Positions 58,418 to 64,000 of a DNA stretch of 64,000 bases are shown piece after piece. The translations under genes were made by a program, and so were the position numbers. Origin of the DNA: the human T2T-CHM13v2.0 reference genome, Homo sapiens; assembly GCF_009914755.1 (NCBI RefSeq), contig NC_060948.1; one strand, 5' to 3'. Position 1 is the stretch's first letter. Each line of letters begins with the position of its first letter. The notes under the pieces are model-generated. The model saw only the letters and a program-made list of their open reading frames with translations, searched no databases and was not told where the DNA came from.

Positions 58418-60323
58418 TTTTGATAGTAGAATCAAGGTGTTTGCCAACAGGACCCTGGTGGTGAAATCAATGACAGACAAAGACGCCGGAGATTACCTGT
58501 GTGTAGCTCGAAATAAGGTTGGTGATGACTGCGTGGTGCTCAAGGTGGATGTGATGATGAAACCGGCCAAGATTGAACACAAGGAGGAGAACGACCACAA
58601 AGTCTTCTACAGGGGTGACCTGAAAGTGGACTGTGTGGCCACTGGACTTCCCAATCCCGAGATCTCCTGGAGCCTCCTGGATGGGAGTCTGGTGAACTCC
58701 TTCATGCAGTCAGATGACAGTGGTGGACGCACCAAGCACTATGTGGTCTTCAACAATGGGACACTCTACTTCAGTGAAGTGGGGATGAGGGAGGAAGGAG
58801 ACTACACCTGCTTTGCTGAAAATCAGGTTGGGAAGGATGAGATGAGAGTCAGAGTCAAGATGGTGACACCTGCCACCATCTGGAACAAGACTTACTTGGC
58901 AGTTCAGGTACCCTATGGAGATGTGGTCACTGTAACCTGTGAGGCCAAAGGAGAACCCATGCCCAAGGTGACTTGGTTGTCCCCAGCCAACAGGGTGATC
59001 CCCACCTCCTCTGAGAAGTATCAGATATACCAATATGGCACTCTCCTTATTCAGAAAGCCCAGTGCTCTGACAGCGGCAACTACACCTGCCTGGTCAGGA
59101 ACAGTGCCGGAGAGGATAGGAAGACAGTGTGGATTCACGTCAACCTCCAGCCACCCAAGATCAATGGTAACCCCAACCCCATCACCACCGTGTGGGAGAT
59201 AGCAGCCGGGGGCAGTCGGAAACTGATTGACTGCAAAGCTGAAGGCATCCCCACCCCGAGGGTGTTATGGGCTTTTCCCGAGGGTGTGGTTCTGCCAGAT
59301 CCATACTATGGAAACCGGATCACTGTCCATGGCAACGGTTCCCTGGACATCAGGAGTTTGAGGAAGAGCGACTCCGTCCAGCTGGTATGCATGGCACGCA
59401 ACGAGGGAGGGGAGGCGAGGTTGATCGTGCAGCTCACTGTCCTGGAGCCCATGGAGAAACCCATCTTCCACGACCCGATCAGCGAGAAGATCACGGCCAT
59501 GGCGGGCCACACCATCAGCCTCAACTGCTCTGCCGCGGGGACCCTGACACCCAGCCTGGTGTGGGTCCTTCCCAATGGCACCGATCTGCAGAGTGGACAG
59601 CAGCTGCAGCGCTTCTACCACAAGGCTGACGGCATGCTACACATTAGCGGTCTCTCCTCGGTGGACGCCGGGGCCTACCGCTGCGTGGCCCGCAATGCCG
59701 CGGGCCACACGGAGAGGCTGGTCTCCCTGAAGGTGGGACTGAAGCCAGAAGCAAACAAGCAGTATCATAACCTGGTCAGCATCATCAATGGTGAGACCCT
59801 GAAGCTCCCCTGCACCCCTCCTGCAGCTGGGCAGGGACATTTCTCCTGGACACTCCCCAATGGCATGCATCTGGAGGGCCCCCAAACCCTGGGACGCGTT
59901 TCTCTTCTGGACAATGGCACCCTCACGGTTCGTGAGGCCTCGGTGTTTGACAGGGGTACCTATGTATGCAGGATGGAGACGGCGTACGGCCCTTCGGTCA
60001 CCAGCATCCCCGTGATTGTGATCGCCTATCCTCCCCGGATCACCAGCGAGCCTACCCCAGTCATCTACACCCGTCCCGGGAACACCGTGAAACTGAACTG
60101 CATGGCTATGGGGATTCCCAAAGGTGACATCACGTGGGAGTTACCGGATAAGTTGCATCTGAAGGCAGGGGTTCAGGCTCGTCTGTATGGAAACAGATTT
60201 CTTCACCCCCAGGGATCACTGACCATCCAGCAGGCCAGACGGAGAGACGCTGGCTTCTACAAGTGCACGGCAAAAAACATTCTCAGCAGTGACTCCAAAA
60301 CAACTTATATCCATGTCTTCTGA
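58418..60323 (+). pseudogene. MXRA5Y: MXRA5Y exon 7 coding part (tandem Ig I-set domains to native stop), frame intact
   Basis: Acceptor tctgtag|TTTTGAT; FDSRIKVF...SKTTYIHVF* with no internal stop. Confidence 0.95.
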
Positions 60324-61497
60324 AATGTGGATTCCAGAATGATTGCTCAGGAACTGACAACAAAGCGGGGTTTGTAAGGGAAGCCAGGCTGGGGAATCAG
60401 AGCTCTTAAATAATGTGTCACAGTGCATGGTGGCCCCCGGTGGGATTCAAGTTGAGGTTGATCTTGATCTACAATTGTTGGGAAAAGGAAGCAATACAGA
60501 CATGAGTAAAAGGGCTCAGCCTCACTGAGAACTTTCTTTTGTGTTTACATCATGCCAGGGGCTTCATTCAGGGTGTCTGTGCTCTGACTGTAATTTTTAT
60601 TTTTTTGCAAATGTCATTCGACTGCCTGCGTAAGTGTCCATAGGATATCTGAGGAACATTCACCGAAAATAAGCCATAGACATGAACAACACCTCACTCC
60701 CCCATTGAAGATGCATCGTCTAGTTAACCTGCTGCAGTTTTTACATGATAGACTTTGTTCCAGATTGACAAGTCATCTTTCAGTTATTTCCTCTATCACT
60801 TCAAAACTCCAGCTTGCCCAATAAGGATTTAGAACTAGAGTGATTGTTATATATATAAATTATATATATATAAATTAAATTTATATATATATAATTTATA
60901 TATAATATATATATTTTAATTCAGAGTTACATACATACAGCTACCATTTTATATGAAAAAAACATTTCTTCCTGGAACCCACTTTTTATGTAATTTTTTT
61001 ATATAAATATTTTTCCTTTCAAATCAGATGATGAGACTAGAAGGAGAAATACTTTCTGTCTCATTAAAATTAATAAATGATTGGTCTTTACAAGACTTGG
61101 ATACATTACAGCAGACATGGAAATAGAATTTTAAACAATTCCTCTCCAACCTCCTTCAAATTCAGTCGCTACTGTTATGTTACTTTCTCCAGCAACCCTG
61201 CACTGGGGAAGGCTGTGATATTAGATTTCCTTGTATGCAAAGTTTTTGTTGAAAGCTGTGCTCAGCGGAGGTGAGAGGAGAGGAGGAGAAAACTGCATCA
61301 TATCTTTCCAGAATTGAATCTAGAGTCTTCCCTGGAAAGCCCAGAAACTTCTCTGCAGTATCTGACTTGTCCATCTGGTCTAAGGTGGCTGCTTCTTCCG
61401 CAACCATGAGTTAGTCTGTGTCCATGAATAATACAAGATCTGTTATTTCCATGACTGCTTTACTGTAATTTTAGGGTCAATATACTGTACATTTGAT

Positions 61498-61503
61498 AAT
61501 AAA
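61498..61503 (+). terminator. Polyadenylation signal AATAAA ending the MXRA5Y 3' UTR (60324-~61516)
   Basis: AATAAA with upstream TGTA motifs and a CA site ~13 nt downstream. Confidence 0.7.
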
Positions 61504-61544
61504 ATATATTCTCCCAAAAACCTGGCAGTGATGACAATGCTATT

Positions 61545-64000
<2,456 letters not shown>

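Overview
Human Y-chromosome (proximal Yq11) genomic DNA, not prokaryotic. The window holds the unprocessed pseudogene MXRA5Y (MXRA5P1, Y gametologue of X-linked MXRA5/adlican) on the + strand, ~27.06-61.5 kb: CpG-island promoter, exon 1, exon 2 (signal peptide + LRRNT), no recognisable LRR exons 3-4, the ~5 kb exon 5, exon 6, exon 7 and the 3' UTR with AATAAA. Visible lesions are loss of exons 3-4 (exon 2-5 join out of frame), a 1-nt deletion at ~42340, a junction-spanning TGA at exon 5/6, TAG at 52297, and a 21-bp tandem expansion with a +1 shift in exon 6. Y origin is supported by two recognised markers: the DYS271/sY81/M2 amplicon (ancestral A) and DYS391 ([TCTA]10). The rest is typical primate repeat DNA (Alus including a very young AluYa5, two L1PA, LTR7, THE1, LTR1-like, MLT1, MER1A, MER20, STRs, AT-rich VNTRs). 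I see no convincing new biological system. The best leads are structural: long ORFs that survive in the pseudogene, a MER20-(TCTA)n composite module, templated insertions, palindromes and a duplicated TCF/LEF-motif block. X-gene comparisons and repeat subfamily names are from memory and need alignment or RepeatMasker confirmation.
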